Below, one piece after another: positions 23,801-37,406 of a stretch of 64,000 bases of DNA (the stretch's first letter is position 1; each line of letters starts with the position of its first letter). The position numbers and the translations under genes were made by a program. Below the pieces are notes generated by a model. It ran no database searches. It saw only the letters and a program-made list of their open reading frames with translations, and had not been told where the DNA came from. The DNA is from Octopus vulgaris (lineage: Eukaryota): contig OX597816.1 in NCBI GenBank assembly GCA_951406725.2, positions 10,292,001 to 10,356,000 on the forward strand, in the 5' to 3' direction.

Positions 23801-26096
23801 AAATGTGTCTGTTTGTATATCCATATATATATTCATTCATTTCTCTGAGAAATATAAGGCTAAAAAGAAAAGAACGGAGAAAATAGTACAAAAAAGCATG
23901 TCTAAATAATAAAAAGCATACGTATAAACTCTCATAATGTAGATATATTTGATTGATAGCCTTTCAAGAATGGTTCCAAGAAAATGTCTTTCAAGAGACG
24001 TGGGAGAGATTAGTCAGGTTTTAATCACACAAATTAAAAGATATAATTCAGAAGTATCAGAAAGAAAAAAGCCATGAGATAAAAAAAAGCAAAAACAAAA
24101 AAAATGGTAAAAGCAAGACAATGAACAGAAATATATATCTGGGGAAAATTGAAAAACAAACTTCTGCAAACTTTCAAATAAAGAAAAATGATTTAAGCTT
24201 ACGATTTCGTTTTTTTTCTTTTTTTTTTTTTTTTTTTCTCTATCATCTTCATTAAGTTTTCTCCTGGGAGGAAAGCAGTGCCTTTGGTAAAATTCGGTTT
24301 AGTCATGACTGGTTGAGAAGTAAAATTAATCTTTTCTTATGTTTTCCAGATAGAAGTTGGTCATAAATGATGATGAATCATCAGAATTTTTTTCAATGCT
24401 AAAAGAAAGAAGGAAGAAAGAAAAAAAAAAAACACAACAAAGCTATAATTTTCTTTCTTTCTTTCTAATTCCGGAATAAGAAACAACCAAGTACCTTTGT
24501 GAAGATTTTGTAGTCACACTCTGTCTTTTCGCTGTCAAATTTATTATTCGAATTTTGAAGAATTCTCCTTTGGGAAAAAGAATCAGAATCTTCTATTCTA
24601 AATTGGATGTGTTATATTCTATCTTTTACTTGTTTCAGTCTTTAGATCGTGGCCATGGTGGGGCAACACCTTAAAGCATTTTAGTCGAATGAATCAACCC
24701 CAAAGCCTGTTTATAAGCCAGGTACTTATTCTATTGGTCTCTCTTGCCAAACTGCTAAGTTACAGGGATGTAAAGACACCAACACCGGTTGCAAGCATTT
24801 TGTCCGGCATGCTAATGAGTCTGTTGGCTTGCCACCTTGTTTTGGAAAATGTTAATTTCTGTTTACGGTCGAAAATCTGTCCCTCCTGTTATTTTCTTTG
24901 TCTTTGTAAAGCAAAACATTAATTTATATGAACCAGCCATGCTCCTGGGGTTGAGAAGTGTGTTTTGCATCTTTGTGACTGTGGGTTCAATCCCATTGCA
25001 AAGTACTGTAGATTTGAGTGGGCATTTTCAACAATAGCTTGAGATTGGCAGCCAACCAAAGTCTTGTGAGTGAAATTTGCTTGGCAGAAATTCTTTCGAA
25101 AAATGTCGGATATATTATTTCTGTTCTTCAAACTACATGGCATCTGACTTAATGCCACCGTTTGACCTATACATTCCTGTAGAAGAGTACACTTGACATG
25201 CCAAGGTCAATTTACCAATTTGAAGAGAATGTCCTCTGTTTTCCCTACCAGTCCCTGAGGCCCTGTAAAGGGGACATGGCCACTGTCCTTGAAACATATC
25301 AAAAGACATGGTTAACGTATTTTATTAGAGACGGTCAGAATAGGGTTTAATGTTGCAAGTGGTCCCTGAAATTAAGTCGCAGTTTTTGTTTCACTAAATG
25401 TTAATATCTTGTATTACTTTCAACACAGCATTTAATGGGATGTTGTCAGGGTACTTCACTCAGACTGGAACACACAATCACAAGACACCGAACTCATCAT
25501 CACCACTATCACTACCACATCATCATCATCATCATCAACATCATTGGAATTGCAACAGGGTACATGTCCATAGTAGATGAGCTTTTGGCATTTCACTAAA
25601 GCAATAAGTGGTTCTTGACAGCCAGCATATTAAGTGATTTGCTAGCTGACAAAGAGGAAGGATGGGGGGGGGTCTACTACTACTACTGCTACTACTACTA
25701 CTACTACTACTACTAATACTACTTTGCTGCTGCTGTTGCTTTTACTACCATTACTACTACTACTACTACTTGTAGTAGTGGCAACAGTTGCAATAGTTGT
25801 CGTTGCAGAAGTAGTTTTAATTAGTAGTAGTAGTAGTAGTAGTAACAGTTGTAGTTTAATGCCATTACTTACATCATTCATAAAGGCGGTGAGCTGGAAG
25901 AAGCGTCAGCACCCCAGATAAAATGCTTCATGGCATTTTGCTTGTCGCTATGTTCTGAGTTCAAATCCTGCCGAGGGTGACTTTGCCTTTCATCCATTCA
26001 AGGTCAATAAAATAAGTACCAGTTGGACACTGGGGTGGATGTAATCGACTAGCACCCTCCCCCAAACTTGCTAGCCTTGTGCCTATAGCAGAAAAG

Positions 26097-26128
<32 letters not shown>

Positions 26129-27489
26129 CAATATTATTATTATTATTATTATTAAAGAGGTGGCGAGCTGGCAGAATTGTTAGCATGCTGGGTGAAATGC
26201 CTAGTTGTATTTCGTCTGCTGAGGTTCACTTAGCCTTTTCTTCTTTCATGGTTGATGAAATAAGTACCAGTTACACACTGGGGTCAGTGTAATTGACTAG
26301 CCCCCTTACTCCCAAAATTTTTTCAAGGCCTTGTGCCCAGAATAGAAATGATAATAATTATTATTATTAAAGCAGTGAGCTGGCAGAATCATTAACATGC
26401 TGAGCAAAATGCTTAACAGTATTTCATCCATCTTTATGTCCCATGTTCCAGTTCCACTGTGGTCGATTTTACTTTTCATCCTTTTGGGGTCAATAAATTG
26501 ACCTACCCCAACCCCTTCTTAAACTGCTGGCCTTGTGTCAAAGTTGAAACTTTCATCATTATTGTTTAACGTCCGTTTTCCATGCCAGCATGGGTTGGAC
26601 GGTTCAACTGGGGTCTGGGAAGCCAGAAGGCTGCACCAGGCCCAGTCTGATCTGGCAGTGTTTCTACCACTGGATGCCCTTCCTAATGCCCACCACTCCG
26701 TGAGTGTAGTGGGTGCTTTTTACATGCCATCAGCACAGGTGCCCGGCGAGGCTGGCAATGGCCACGATCAGTTGGTGCTTTTTATGTGCCACCGGCACAG
26801 GGATCACAACTGCAATTTCCATTGATTTTTGATGTTGATATATCATTCATAAAAAGATGCTTAAAGAAGAGAATTTCTAAAATGTGGGGGTTGGGTTCCT
26901 TGCCAAAGAAGAGAATGATGCTTCTAAGTCTATGGTTAGTTGAGATGGTAGAGATTGTAGTAGCAGCAGTAGCTACTATGGTGGTAGTTGCAGTAGGAGA
27001 GCTATAATAATGAGAGAAGCAGCTGGGGTAGTGGTGGTAGTAGTAGAGCTGCAGAAGTAAAAGTAGCAGGAGTAAAAGTAGGCAGGGGTAAAAGTAGCAG
27101 GAGCATGAACAGTGGTAGTAGCAGCAGCAGTGGTTGTGGTGGTTGTTGCAATATTTGTAAATTTTGGGAGTTTAATTTAGCAAAATTTTCTCCAATGCTT
27201 GTAGTCAGAAATTCTCCGAAAGAATTAAAGGTAAAAGGGAAAATAGAAAGGAGAAAGACTAAAAAAAGAAAAAAAGAAGAAAAGAAAAAAAATGTTAAAA
27301 ACAAAACAAAAATAAAGACAAAACAAAAATAAAGACAAAACAAAAACAATCAGTAGAAAAGTCTCTTGTTGATGAGAAATTGTTTGTTTGTAATTATATA
27401 TGTTTTATTGCATTGATTTGGAATCAATTCTTAACGAACCAAAAGAAAAGTGAAAGTAGAACCACCATAAATAATGCAAGAAACACCAG

Positions 27490-27594
27490 GAAGAAGAAGA
27501 AGAAGAAGAAGAAGAAGAAGAAGAAGAAGAAGAAACAGGAGAAGAAGAAGAAGAAGAAGAAGAAGAAGAAGAAGAAGAAGAAGAAGAAGAAGAA
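27490..27594. repeat. (GAA)n microsatellite
   Basis: Direct inspection. Confidence 0.95.
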
Positions 27595-28619
27595 AATGGT
27601 TAAGAACAAAAGAAGCAATGGCAAAATAGCAACAGGAAAACAACAACAACAAAGAACAGAATTGTTTGGATCTTCTCTTATTCTTCTCAAGCAAAGCAAA
27701 ACGGCAAATGATTTTTGCTCAGTGAAGCCCTATAAAGAAATTCTGAATGACATTTTCCACTGAAACCCACGTGTTTTACATTTACTTCAAGCTTTCGCCA
27801 CACCTCACCTCCCTTCCTTTACCACCGTTTCCATCCTTCTACTGTTCTTCTTTACAGTGTCTTACTGCATCAATCAAAGTCTTTCCCGCCATGCCCCTCC
27901 TCCATTTTCAGTTCTTGTATTTATCAATTATTTTCCTTCTTTCTTTCTTTCTTCTCTTGGAACATCATTCCCCTTTGGAAAAATCATTTTCTCTGTCTTT
28001 ATATTTTTTCCTTGCACAAATGTCAACCATAATGGCCCCTGTTACCCAGCGCCAGTTGGTCTTGTTTCCCTACAACTTGAACATCCCTGACCCACACGTC
28101 CCATCACTTCTTGTCATGCTTGTTACATCCAAACCCTCCACCTGGCCTTCCATTAACTCCTATGCTCACTTCTTCATCTCCAGAACTACAATGGTCCTGC
28201 AATATTTCCTCCCTGCTTATGTTCTTCTTCTCAGAGTTTAAATGCAACATTAATGGCACCAAACTCTCTGTTCTTGGACAGCCTGCAAAAGTCTTAGGCA
28301 CTACCTCTTCTTCCAAAAACAAATCAAGAAAATCTTGCTGTTCCTATTAAACTCCAATCATATCAAATCCATCAGCCTCAAAAGGCCATGCAAGATCAAA
28401 CCTGCACAGTACCCCTTCCTTCTGAATAAACCTTAATATCACATCACATCCATTGCTGATGATCTTCCAGTCAAACCAAGGAAACTGTATTTTCTCTTAG
28501 TTTTTCAAATTTTGATTCTATGAGTAACTTCTATGATAAAACTGTTAAAAATTGACACTGTTTTTCCCTTGGTGACAGGAGGCAGGATTAGAACTCTAAT
28601 CACAAAGAGTCGGAAGAGA

Positions 28620-29135
28620 TATTCTTTTTGACTCTAGGCACAAGGCCCGAAATTTTTGGGGAGGGAACCAGTCGATTAGATAGACCCCAGTATGCAACTG
28701 GTATTTTATTTATCGAACCTGAAAGGATAAAAGGCAAAGTTGACCTCGGCAGAATTTGAACTCAGAATGTAAAGACAGACAAAATACCGAAATAGGGGGC
28801 CAGTTGATTAGATTAACCCCAGTATACAACGGTACTTAATTTATTGACCTCGAAAGGATGAAAGGTAATTTGAACTCTGAACGTAAAGACAGATGGAATA
28901 CCTATTTCTTTACTACCCACAAGGGGCTAAACACAGAGAGGACAAACAAGGACAGACAAATGGATTAAGTTGATTATATCGACTCCAGTGCATAACTGGT
29001 ACTTAATTTATTGAGCTCGAAAGGATGAAAGGCAAAGTTGACCTTGGCGGAATTTGAACTCTGAATGTAAAGACAGACGAAATACTGCTAAGCATTTTGC
29101 CTGGCATGCTAACGTTTCTGCCAGCTCACCACCTT
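28620..29135 (-). mobile_element. Family B SINE multimer (mixed tail variants)
   Basis: Repeated gacctcggcagaatttgaactcagaa blocks; junction ggaatacctatttctttactacccac at ~28896-28920. Confidence 0.8.
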
Positions 29136-29705
29136 AAGTCAGAAGAGTTATTACAATATGACTGCTAACAATTTGACCTATCTCTTTCTCTAGTTTTATA
29201 CTCTATTTGTTAACCCCAAAGTTGACCTCAATATAATTTGAACTCTCAACACCAAGAGTTGGAACAAATTTCACAAACCATTCTATTTGATGCCCCAGGG
29301 ATCTTAAAAAGCAACCAATAAAACTATCTTGCAGTGAGACCCTTATTGAATTCTTCAATCCCCAGGAAAGCATCTCTGTAGTATTCCGCTCTTGCTTTAT
29401 TTTTCCTCATCAAACATGTGGATTGATAGATGGAAACTGAAAGAAGCCCACTGTTTAAAAATATATGTGACTGTATGTCTGTGCACTTGTGTTGACATAG
29501 CATGATAATTGTTAATGAACATCAATGCCATACAAGTGGTGTCGTTCATGTTCAGTATTCTGTGTAAACATGTCTGGGGCCATGGGGGTAATATTGCCTT
29601 GCTTGAAAACAGGTACATGTTGGTGACAGGAAGGGCCGTAAGCTGCAGAAAAGTATCTCAATAAACTCTATGCGACTTATACAAGCATGGAAAAATGAAC
29701 ATTAA

Positions 29706-30618
29706 GACGATGATGGAGGATGGAGGATGATGGAGGATGATGATGGAGGATGGAGGATGATGGAGGATGATGATGGATGATGATGGAGGATGGTGGATGA
29801 TGGAGGATGATGATGGATGATGATGGAGGATGGTGGATGATGATAGATGATGATGGAGGATGATGATGATGATGGATGATGATAGATGATGAAGATGGAG
29901 GATGATGAATGATGATGATGATGGACGATGATTGATGATGATGGATGATGATGGAGGATGATTGATGGATGATGGATGATGATGGATGATGAAGATGGAG
30001 GATGATGGATGATGATAGATGATGATGGAGGATGATGATGATGATGGATGATGATAGATGATGAAGATGGAGGATGATGAATGATGATGATGGACGATGA
30101 TTGATGATGATGGATGATGATGGAGGATGATTGATGGATGATGGATGATGATGGATGATGAAGATGGAGGATGATGGATGATGAAGATGGAGGATGATGA
30201 TGATGATGATGATGGAGGATGATGGATGATGATGAAGATGGAGGATGGATGATGAAGATGGAGGATGATGGATGATGGAGATGGAGGATGATGATGATGA
30301 AGATGGAGGAGGATGATGATGATGATGATAATGATGGATGATGATAGATGATGAAGATGGAGGAGGATGGATGATGAAGATGGAGGAGGATGATGATGAT
30401 GATGATAATGATGGATGATGATAGATGATGAAGATGGAGGAGGATGGATGATGAAGATGGAGGAGGATGATGATGATGATGATGATAATGATGGATGATG
30501 ATAGATGATGAAGATGGAGGAGGATGATGATGATGGAGGGTGATGGATGATGGATGATGATGCATGATGATGGTGGTGGAGGATGGTGATGATGATGATG
30601 GATGATGATGATGATGAT
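29706..30618. repeat. Compound (GAT)n/(GGA)n/(GAA) simple repeat with internal block duplications
   Basis: Direct inspection; source of the spurious H/S/I-rich ORFs. Confidence 0.95.
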
Positions 30619-30791
30619 ACAGGTGGAATTTTTATGAGAACACGTTTTTGCTTCACTACATTAAATATATTGCCTTACATTTAAATATATCTTCTTCATT
30701 GCAGACAGCAGCATTCCAGGGGAATTTTTCCTATGTTATTATTAATTTTGATCAACTAGAATAGATGGTAATAAGTCTTATATAAACTTAC

Positions 30792-30949
30792 ATTATAATA
30801 TCTGAAGTAGATTGAACTCCTGACCTATGAATTCCTGTCGTCCAATGCTTTATTCCCTTGACCATTTCACTTCAGACATTGAAATGTCTACGTTGTTTCC
30901 TTCTCTCCTGTTCTGTTGGTGCATTTGAATTATTCAGGTCAAAGCTGAC
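30792..30949 (-). other. Candidate exon (158 bp)
   Basis: tttattgttcttttccag|GTCAGC...ATTATAAT|gtaagt; strong acceptor and consensus donor; no frame open across the whole exon. Confidence 0.55.
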
Positions 30950-31200
30950 CTGGAAAAGAACAATAAATCAATAACGAAATACATGACTGCATTACAGATG
31001 TTGTCTAGCAGAAGGTCAGTGCTGTTGCTGTTGTTGTTGTTGTTGTCTGTTTAGTGGCATTTTGTCTGTCTTGGTGTCTTGAGTTCAAATTCTATCGCAT
31101 CAAGCAACAATGGAAAATATTACACACTAGCTTGTCTATAGTGCACACTCACTCACACAGACACACACACACATATTTATATAGTGTCAAGCAGTATACG

Positions 31201-31531
31201 CGCCTTCACTAGTCAGTTAAGGTGAGACAGTGTCACGTGACAACTTGCTGGGGCTGCCTGCTGGAGCCTAGCAGCAGGTATTTAAAGGGAAAAAATTTGA
31301 CAAGTCAGTCAGTCACCAGCTGACGCTACACCGAAGAGGCCAGGGAACAGAAGAAAGAAGACATGCATCCAACACCAGAGCTGAAGACAACTCCGAAAGG
31401 TGGGACATGTCAAAACAGTAGAGGAGTAGGGGCCAAAACCGGACGTAGTTCCTCCTGATGATGTCTTGAGCTAACTGGATCCTATAAAGGAGCTCTTGTG
31501 GTAGCAGACCACAAAGCACGGTTGTAATTCC
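31201..31531 (+). repeat. Interspersed ~330-bp repeat (terminal-repeat-like), copy 1; copy 2 at 63451-63798
   Basis: Near-identical tgacaacttgctggggctgcctgctggagcctagcagcaggtatttaaaggga...ggttgtaattcc in both copies. Confidence 0.85.
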
Positions 31532-31723
31532 ACCGCAGTATATTACTGGTTCTGCCATACAACTGGTTATATACAAATGTTGCCAATGGTTTCACAGTGA
31601 CTATTGCACTAGGAAAACCGATGGCAATATTCCTGTGTTCAATATTCACCATGAAACTGGGAGTATGATTCTGACTAGTTGTATGCCACAACCAGGTATA
31701 TTCTGCTTAATAATATAAAAATA

Positions 31724-32173
31724 CTAGCAGTATAGCCCAGTGCTGCTTGGGTTTGGTTTTTAGTTGCGCTTAAAAGGGCGGACTTTGATGTCGTGTTAAC
31801 AAAGTTTTGATATAGTTTCAATCTATGAATAAAAGTATAGTGTGCCGATGCTTGAGTTTGCTGAATGTGCTGCAAATGTGTAATGCCGACTTCAATTGTT
31901 GTTGAAATACACCGAAAAATGGCGACACAGCAGTCAAAAAATCGTAAAAATAGGGATTTTCATAGGAAAAAAGCATCTTTTTCATGTAAATAATTTTTGG
32001 TGTTAACATGATCTGATTTGAATTTTTTCTTCTACGGTAGGAAGAGCAAGCCTTCTTCCATCATACTCTCAATTTTGGTCAACTTGCGCCGAAGGGTCTC
32101 GGAGAAGATAGCTTTAGTTGAAGGCTACCAAACCTGCCAGACACAGACAACTTCAGCTTTATATAGAGAGAGA
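31724..32173 (-). mobile_element. Non-autonomous Helitron
   Basis: Minus strand begins A|TCTCTCTCTATATAAAG and ends with a GC-rich subterminal hairpin remnant CCCAAGCAGCACTGGG then CTAG|T, the canonical Helitron termini. Confidence 0.75.
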
Positions 32174-32554
32174 TAACTGCTCAATTTCTTTCTTAGGGCT
32201 TTTTTTTTTTATTCTCACTTTGTATATCTTATGCAAGAGATTTCAAAGCACAATTTATAACATTGCCATAAACTCAGCATTTCTTTATTCTTATTTAGGT
32301 ATGATGCTTAGAGTCTATAATTGGCCTATGATGAATGCCAAGAAGAAACTATATTAGGAACTCTGGAAAGCAAACAAGATTTTTGATATTTGAGAACTTT
32401 AGGGCATCCAGCTGTAGAAACTCTGCCAAATCAAGATTGAAGCCTGGTGCAACCATCTGGTTCGCCAGCCCTCAGTCAATCGTCCAACCCATGCTAGCAT
32501 GGAAAGCGGACGAATTTCCTATCACTGTTTTGATAACACCTACAAATGTCTGTG

Positions 32555-32927
32555 TGGCAGTGTGGTAAGAAGCTTGCTTCCGAACCACATGGTTCTGGGT
32601 TCAGTCTCACTGTGTGGCACCTTGCGTGTCTTCTGCTATAGCCTCAGGCTGACCAAAGCCTTGTGAATGGATTTGACAAATGAAAACTGAAAGAAGCCTG
32701 TTGTATATGTCTGTGTGTGTGTGTGTATTTGTGTGCCTGTGTTTGTTCCCCTACCATCGCTGACGTTGGTGTGTCTATGTCCCCGTAACTTAGCGGTTTG
32801 GCAAAAGAGACTGACAGAGTAAGTACCAGGATTACAAAGAATAAGTCCTGGGGTCGATTTATTCCACTAAAGACAGTACTGCAGCATGGCCGCAGTGAAA
32901 TGACTGAAACAAATAAAAGACTAAAAG
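32555..32927 (+). mobile_element. Family A SINE
   Basis: Matches the family A consensus. Confidence 0.85.
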
Positions 32928-33122
32928 CATATCATTGTTATCATCAATAATAAATACAAATTTATGTTAAAATAGTTCCATGAGAATGTTATGTTTTTAA
33001 TTCACGTCATATACAGCTTGAAAGATGAAAGAGCTTTGAGATCAATCCTGAGGCCAGGAAATGCAAGCACAAAACCACCCTGCCTGGTGAAACTGCCCCA
33101 TCAGAGATGGCATCTCCTTTAA

Positions 33123-33343
33123 CCCTTTCGTTACTGTATTTATTTTGAGATGCTCTGTGTTTCTTTCAATTAATTTTAAATATAACAAAGAATTTAGTAA
33201 AATAACTTAGTTATCATTAAGCTAGTGTTAGGAACATAAATTATGACTAAGGTTTGGTGGAAGATTTTAATTCAGAACTTATGAAAACAAGACATTTGTA
33301 CTCAGAGCCAGAGGTGGTTTCAGCCAAGTTAGTATCAAAAGGG
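33123..33343. mobile_element. piggyBac-type MITE, copy 1
   Basis: TTAA|ccctttcgttac...gtatcaaaaggg|TTAA. Confidence 0.85.
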
Positions 33344-33367
33344 TTAAAAATATCATGGTGGCTTTAA

Positions 33368-33586
33368 CCCTTTCGTTACTGTATTTCTGTTGAGATACTC
33401 TGTGTTTCTTTCAATTAATTTTAAATATTACAAAGAATTTAGTAAAATAACTTTGTTGTCATTCAGTTAGTGTTAGGAACATAAATTGTGACTTTTGGTG
33501 GAAGATTTTAATTCAGAACTTATGAAAACAAGACATTTGTACTACAGGGCCAGAAGTGGTTTCCAGCTGGGTTGGTAACGAAAGGG
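33368..33586. mobile_element. piggyBac-type MITE, copy 2 (adjacent, same family)
   Basis: TTAA|ccctttcgttac...gtaacgaaaggg|TTAA; body matches copy 1. Confidence 0.88.
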
Positions 33587-33812
33587 TTAAACAAAAGAGA
33601 ATTGCAGGGGCACAATGAAAATGTGAACCACACAAGTCAAGAGGCAGCTTCTCCTCTTCATTCCTAGCAGACAACCAGTGCCCAACTAGTGGTAGAGCCT
33701 TCCAAACATGCATGGGACAGATTGGCCACAGCTGGACACACTGTGCCCTGTCACCTTCTCCCATGGGATGTCCTTGGTCTTCATCAACAACAGAAACATA
33801 TAATAGAAAATA

Positions 33813-34450
33813 CAGGGTGACCCCATAAAAATTTTATTAAACCCTACAAAGGTCCAGCAAATTTCAAGAAATTTGCTGGACTTAAACTTCAGTCTGTGTA
33901 CAATCATTCATCATCATCATCATCGTTTAGCATCCGCTTTCCATGCTAGCATGGGTTGGACGGTTCAACTGGGGTCTGGGAAGCCAGAAGGCTGCACAAG
34001 GCCCAGTCCCTTTGCATAAAAGTCATGTTCTTTTCAAAATATGCACCAAATGCCATACATTGCACAAACACTTGCATATGTTGCACAAAATTGTCAATTA
34101 CTCAAACACATTCCTCTTTGGGGATTTCCCTGATTTCTGCTGTGATTTCTGCCTTAAGTTCACCAATCATTTGAGGGTTGTTCTGGTAAACATTATCCTT
34201 GAGATACCCCTACAGATAAAAATCTGGCAGGGGGTTCAAGTCTGGTGAATGTGATGCCCGATCAACATCACATTTCCTGCTGATCAGTCTCTCCTGAAAT
34301 CACTCTCTCAGCCAGGCTAGGGAATCATTTGATATGTGGTGGGGTGGGAGTTTTGGCCCCGTCTTGCTGGAACCACTGTTAATCTCAATCTATCCCTCTT
34401 CGTCATTTTATACAAAGATTTGTGGGTTTTCTTTTTCTGGGGTCACCCTG
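33813..34450 (-). mobile_element. Deleted Tc1/mariner-superfamily transposon with a family C tail inserted (~33907-34010)
   Basis: TA|cagggtgacccca...ggggtcaccctg|TA; minus-strand remnants WFQQDGA and SPDLNP...GYLKDNVYQNNP. Confidence 0.8.
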
Positions 34451-34621
34451 TAATAACAACACAGTTTTATACTATAATTATTATTTTTAATAATGATCAG
34501 CTTGTGAACATTGGAGTTGTCAAAACCGCTGTAAGCAAAGTTTTTGAAACATCAATGATAATTTTTAAAAAATTTTTGTAACACATATATATACACATAT
34601 ATACACACACAAACATATGTA

Positions 34622-34840
34622 CAGGGGGTGCAAAAGTAGGTATATAGTTATGAAAAAAGAAAACACATACAATACTCATTTATTTTTATCAAAAAAAAAT
34701 TAAAAGTTAGCTTCATTTTCGATATTTTCAGTGTCATTAATCATAATAACATTTATCATAACTTTTTTATTAAAAAAATGAATGGGTATTATACGTGTTT
34801 TCTTTTTTTCATAACTGTATACCTACTTTTGCACCCCCAG
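34622..34840. mobile_element. Tc1/mariner-type MITE with long TIRs
   Basis: TA|cagggggtgcaaaagtaggtatatagttatgaaaaaagaaaacac... / ...gtgttttctttttttcataactgtatacctacttttgcacccccag|TA. Confidence 0.88.
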
Positions 34841-35168
34841 TATGTGTGTGTGTGTGTATTTGTCTTTGTCTCTTACGGCTTGATAATTAGTGAGCTTTGA
34901 TTACAACCCTGTAAATTAGCAGTTCAAAACAAAAAAAATAATAATAATAAATGAGATTGATAAAATAAGTACCAAACAGAGAGAAATACTGGGGTTCATT
35001 CAAATAATTAACCCCTCCAAGTTGTGCTCAAGCTTGGCTACATTCCAATGATTGAAATAGGTAAAAGACTAATTAAAATTCCAGGGTCGTCTCCTTTGCC
35101 ATTTATGATCAGAACTAGTAAAACTGTATCATGATTCTTCTCATCATTAACAATATCATTTTAATTAA

Positions 35169-35915
35169 CCCTTTAGCATTCAGATTCTTCTGTCAAATTT
35201 AACCTCTTGACGCCGGTATTACCTGAAGCATGCGAGACACTGCTCCGATTTTTTTTATCTAATGAGGCCACACAATAACACAAGTGCCAACGAGCTCGTG
35301 TCTATTTACGTTCACCATTACAATAACATAGCGTCGTACATTTATGTCTACCGGTTTATGAAAGCGAACTATGTGAAACTATTTATCATAATATGATATG
35401 CATGAGTTACTCTGCTCAAGTTCAGAAAATAGCTTGCGTGTGGTACAACTCAAAATACGGTATTATCCATGTAAAGTATCCGCATGTCATTGGTCTACTG
35501 CTAGTCTCATGACTTGAACGTAACCTAAAATAGCTAAGATAATGCATGGGACGGCGAGCATGTGCACCTCAAGAGATAAAGTACACGATAGCGAATGTAA
35601 ACATAGGTCAGCCACTAAAAAGTCTGTGATAGGTGTAGGTCAGCTCTACATCATATATTTACATTAACCATGGGTAGGCAAGCAAAACGGTGATTGCATA
35701 TTTGCGTCAACCGTTATCAAGGGGTTAATGCTTATTTATTCACATTATTTTGAATTAATCATGCATCATCTTGTGACTCCAAGATTTCGATGTGATTATA
35801 TTTAGAATGGCATTGTAGGACAGGTGTGAGATGTTGGATCAGGCCAGTTTGAACATGAAAGAGGTAGAATATTTTGGTTGGTTATTATATTTTGGCAGAA
35901 TATTATACCAAAGGG
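35169..35915. mobile_element. piggyBac-type MITE containing a second, nested TTAA element (35203-35724)
   Basis: Outer TTAA|ccctttagcatt...ccaaaggg|TTAA (relative at ~19056-19268); inner TTAA|cctcttgacgccggt...accgttatcaagggg|TTAA. Confidence 0.75.
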
Positions 35916-37045
35916 TTAATTACAAATTCTTAACTTACCCAATCAAATATGCAATCTCCTTGTTTTACTATGAAGATTTTGCACAGAAGGTGCTCCATGG
36001 GTTAGTTTTGTTATTGTTGGCTGTTGATTGGTCTAGTTTGTTGCTCTGGTTATTTAGACATAGACATGATATTGTAGGATAGGTGTGAGATGTTGGATCA
36101 GGCCAGTTTGAACATGAAAGAGGTACTGGTTAAGTAGTATGATTTCCAACCACATGGTTTCAGGTTTTGTCCTACTGTGTGTCTGTATGCACGTGTGTCT
36201 GTTCATGTCTCCTTGTCATCATCATCCATAGTATTTTAAATCTGGGTTTTGTCCCTGTTAACGGGGGTGGCCATATCTACCTCAATGCCATAGCAACCGA
36301 GGCAGGCAAATGCAGTCGACCCCAACCTTTGCGCAGCTGGTGCCCATTCTCCTTTGCTATCATGAGGCCTTTTTGGAGCTGGATTTTCTGCAGGGAGATT
36401 GCCCTTGCTTACCTCCAAACCTCAGTTTCTAGACATGAATGGTCCTGAGACCAAGGCCTCTACTACAATTTTTAAGAAATGTGGTGGAAAACTAGCTCAG
36501 GAAGGCAGGGACGCTAATCCCTGAGACCCCTTTCAGAACCCCCCTACTTATCAGGTGGTCATTGTAAATAAGTATCACCATTCCTTTCTTTCATGAAAAA
36601 ACGGGTCTGGCCATGTGGCCATATGGGGATGTTACCTTGGTGAAAAAAAGATGAGGATAGGTGAGAGGAAGGTGGTTCCCAGCTGTAGAAAATATAACTC
36701 AACCGATTCCATCTGAGGCATGCAAGCTCAGAAACTGAAAACATTAACCGAACAATGATGAAGATAATAACGATGATGATGGTAATGATGTAAGTGATCA
36801 ATATCGATGTTGACTATCCAATGTTATAAAGTGCTGTTGTTGTTTTCTGTCTGTTGGCCTACATATTATTGGGCTTGGTCAATACCACCATTCCTGTTTG
36901 ATGTCATCACAGCAAATGGCTATTTCAATCATGTTTAAAGTGATTTTTATCTATATGATGATACAGTGTGATTCAGTTCAAAACTATTTAACTAATCCAT
37001 AAATAACTCTCATCAATTCATCACCATAGGATCTGTTTGATTTGC

Positions 37046-37063
37046 ATAATAATGATAATAATA

Positions 37064-37100
<37 letters not shown>

Positions 37101-37150
37101 TTATGATGATGATAATAATAATAATAATGATAATAATAATAATAATGATG

Positions 37151-37193
<43 letters not shown>

Positions 37194-37216
37194 TGATGAT
37201 AATAATAATAATAATG

Positions 37217-37247
<31 letters not shown>

Positions 37248-37249
37248 TA
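37046..37249. repeat. (AAT)n/(GAT)n microsatellite
   Basis: Direct inspection. Confidence 0.95.
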
Positions 37250-37406
37250 AAGGAATCTAAAGACATTAATGAAATAATAACCATTAAGCGTCTACTTTGA
37301 AGTCACATGGTCAAAGTAATTGTTAGGGTTATTGGTTTGTGATTGGGAGGTAGTAAGTTCAATCCCTGGCTCTCTGATGTGTATGATTATCTGGTTGGGA
37401 CTTTAC

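Noticed and set aside
27380-27763. Poly-Lys ORF
   Set aside because: (GAA)n microsatellite translation with no coding evidence.
29658-30656. 332-aa and 287-aa His/Ser/Ile-rich ORFs
   Set aside because: Simple (CAT/CCT)n repeat with constant frame slippage; no splice or domain support.
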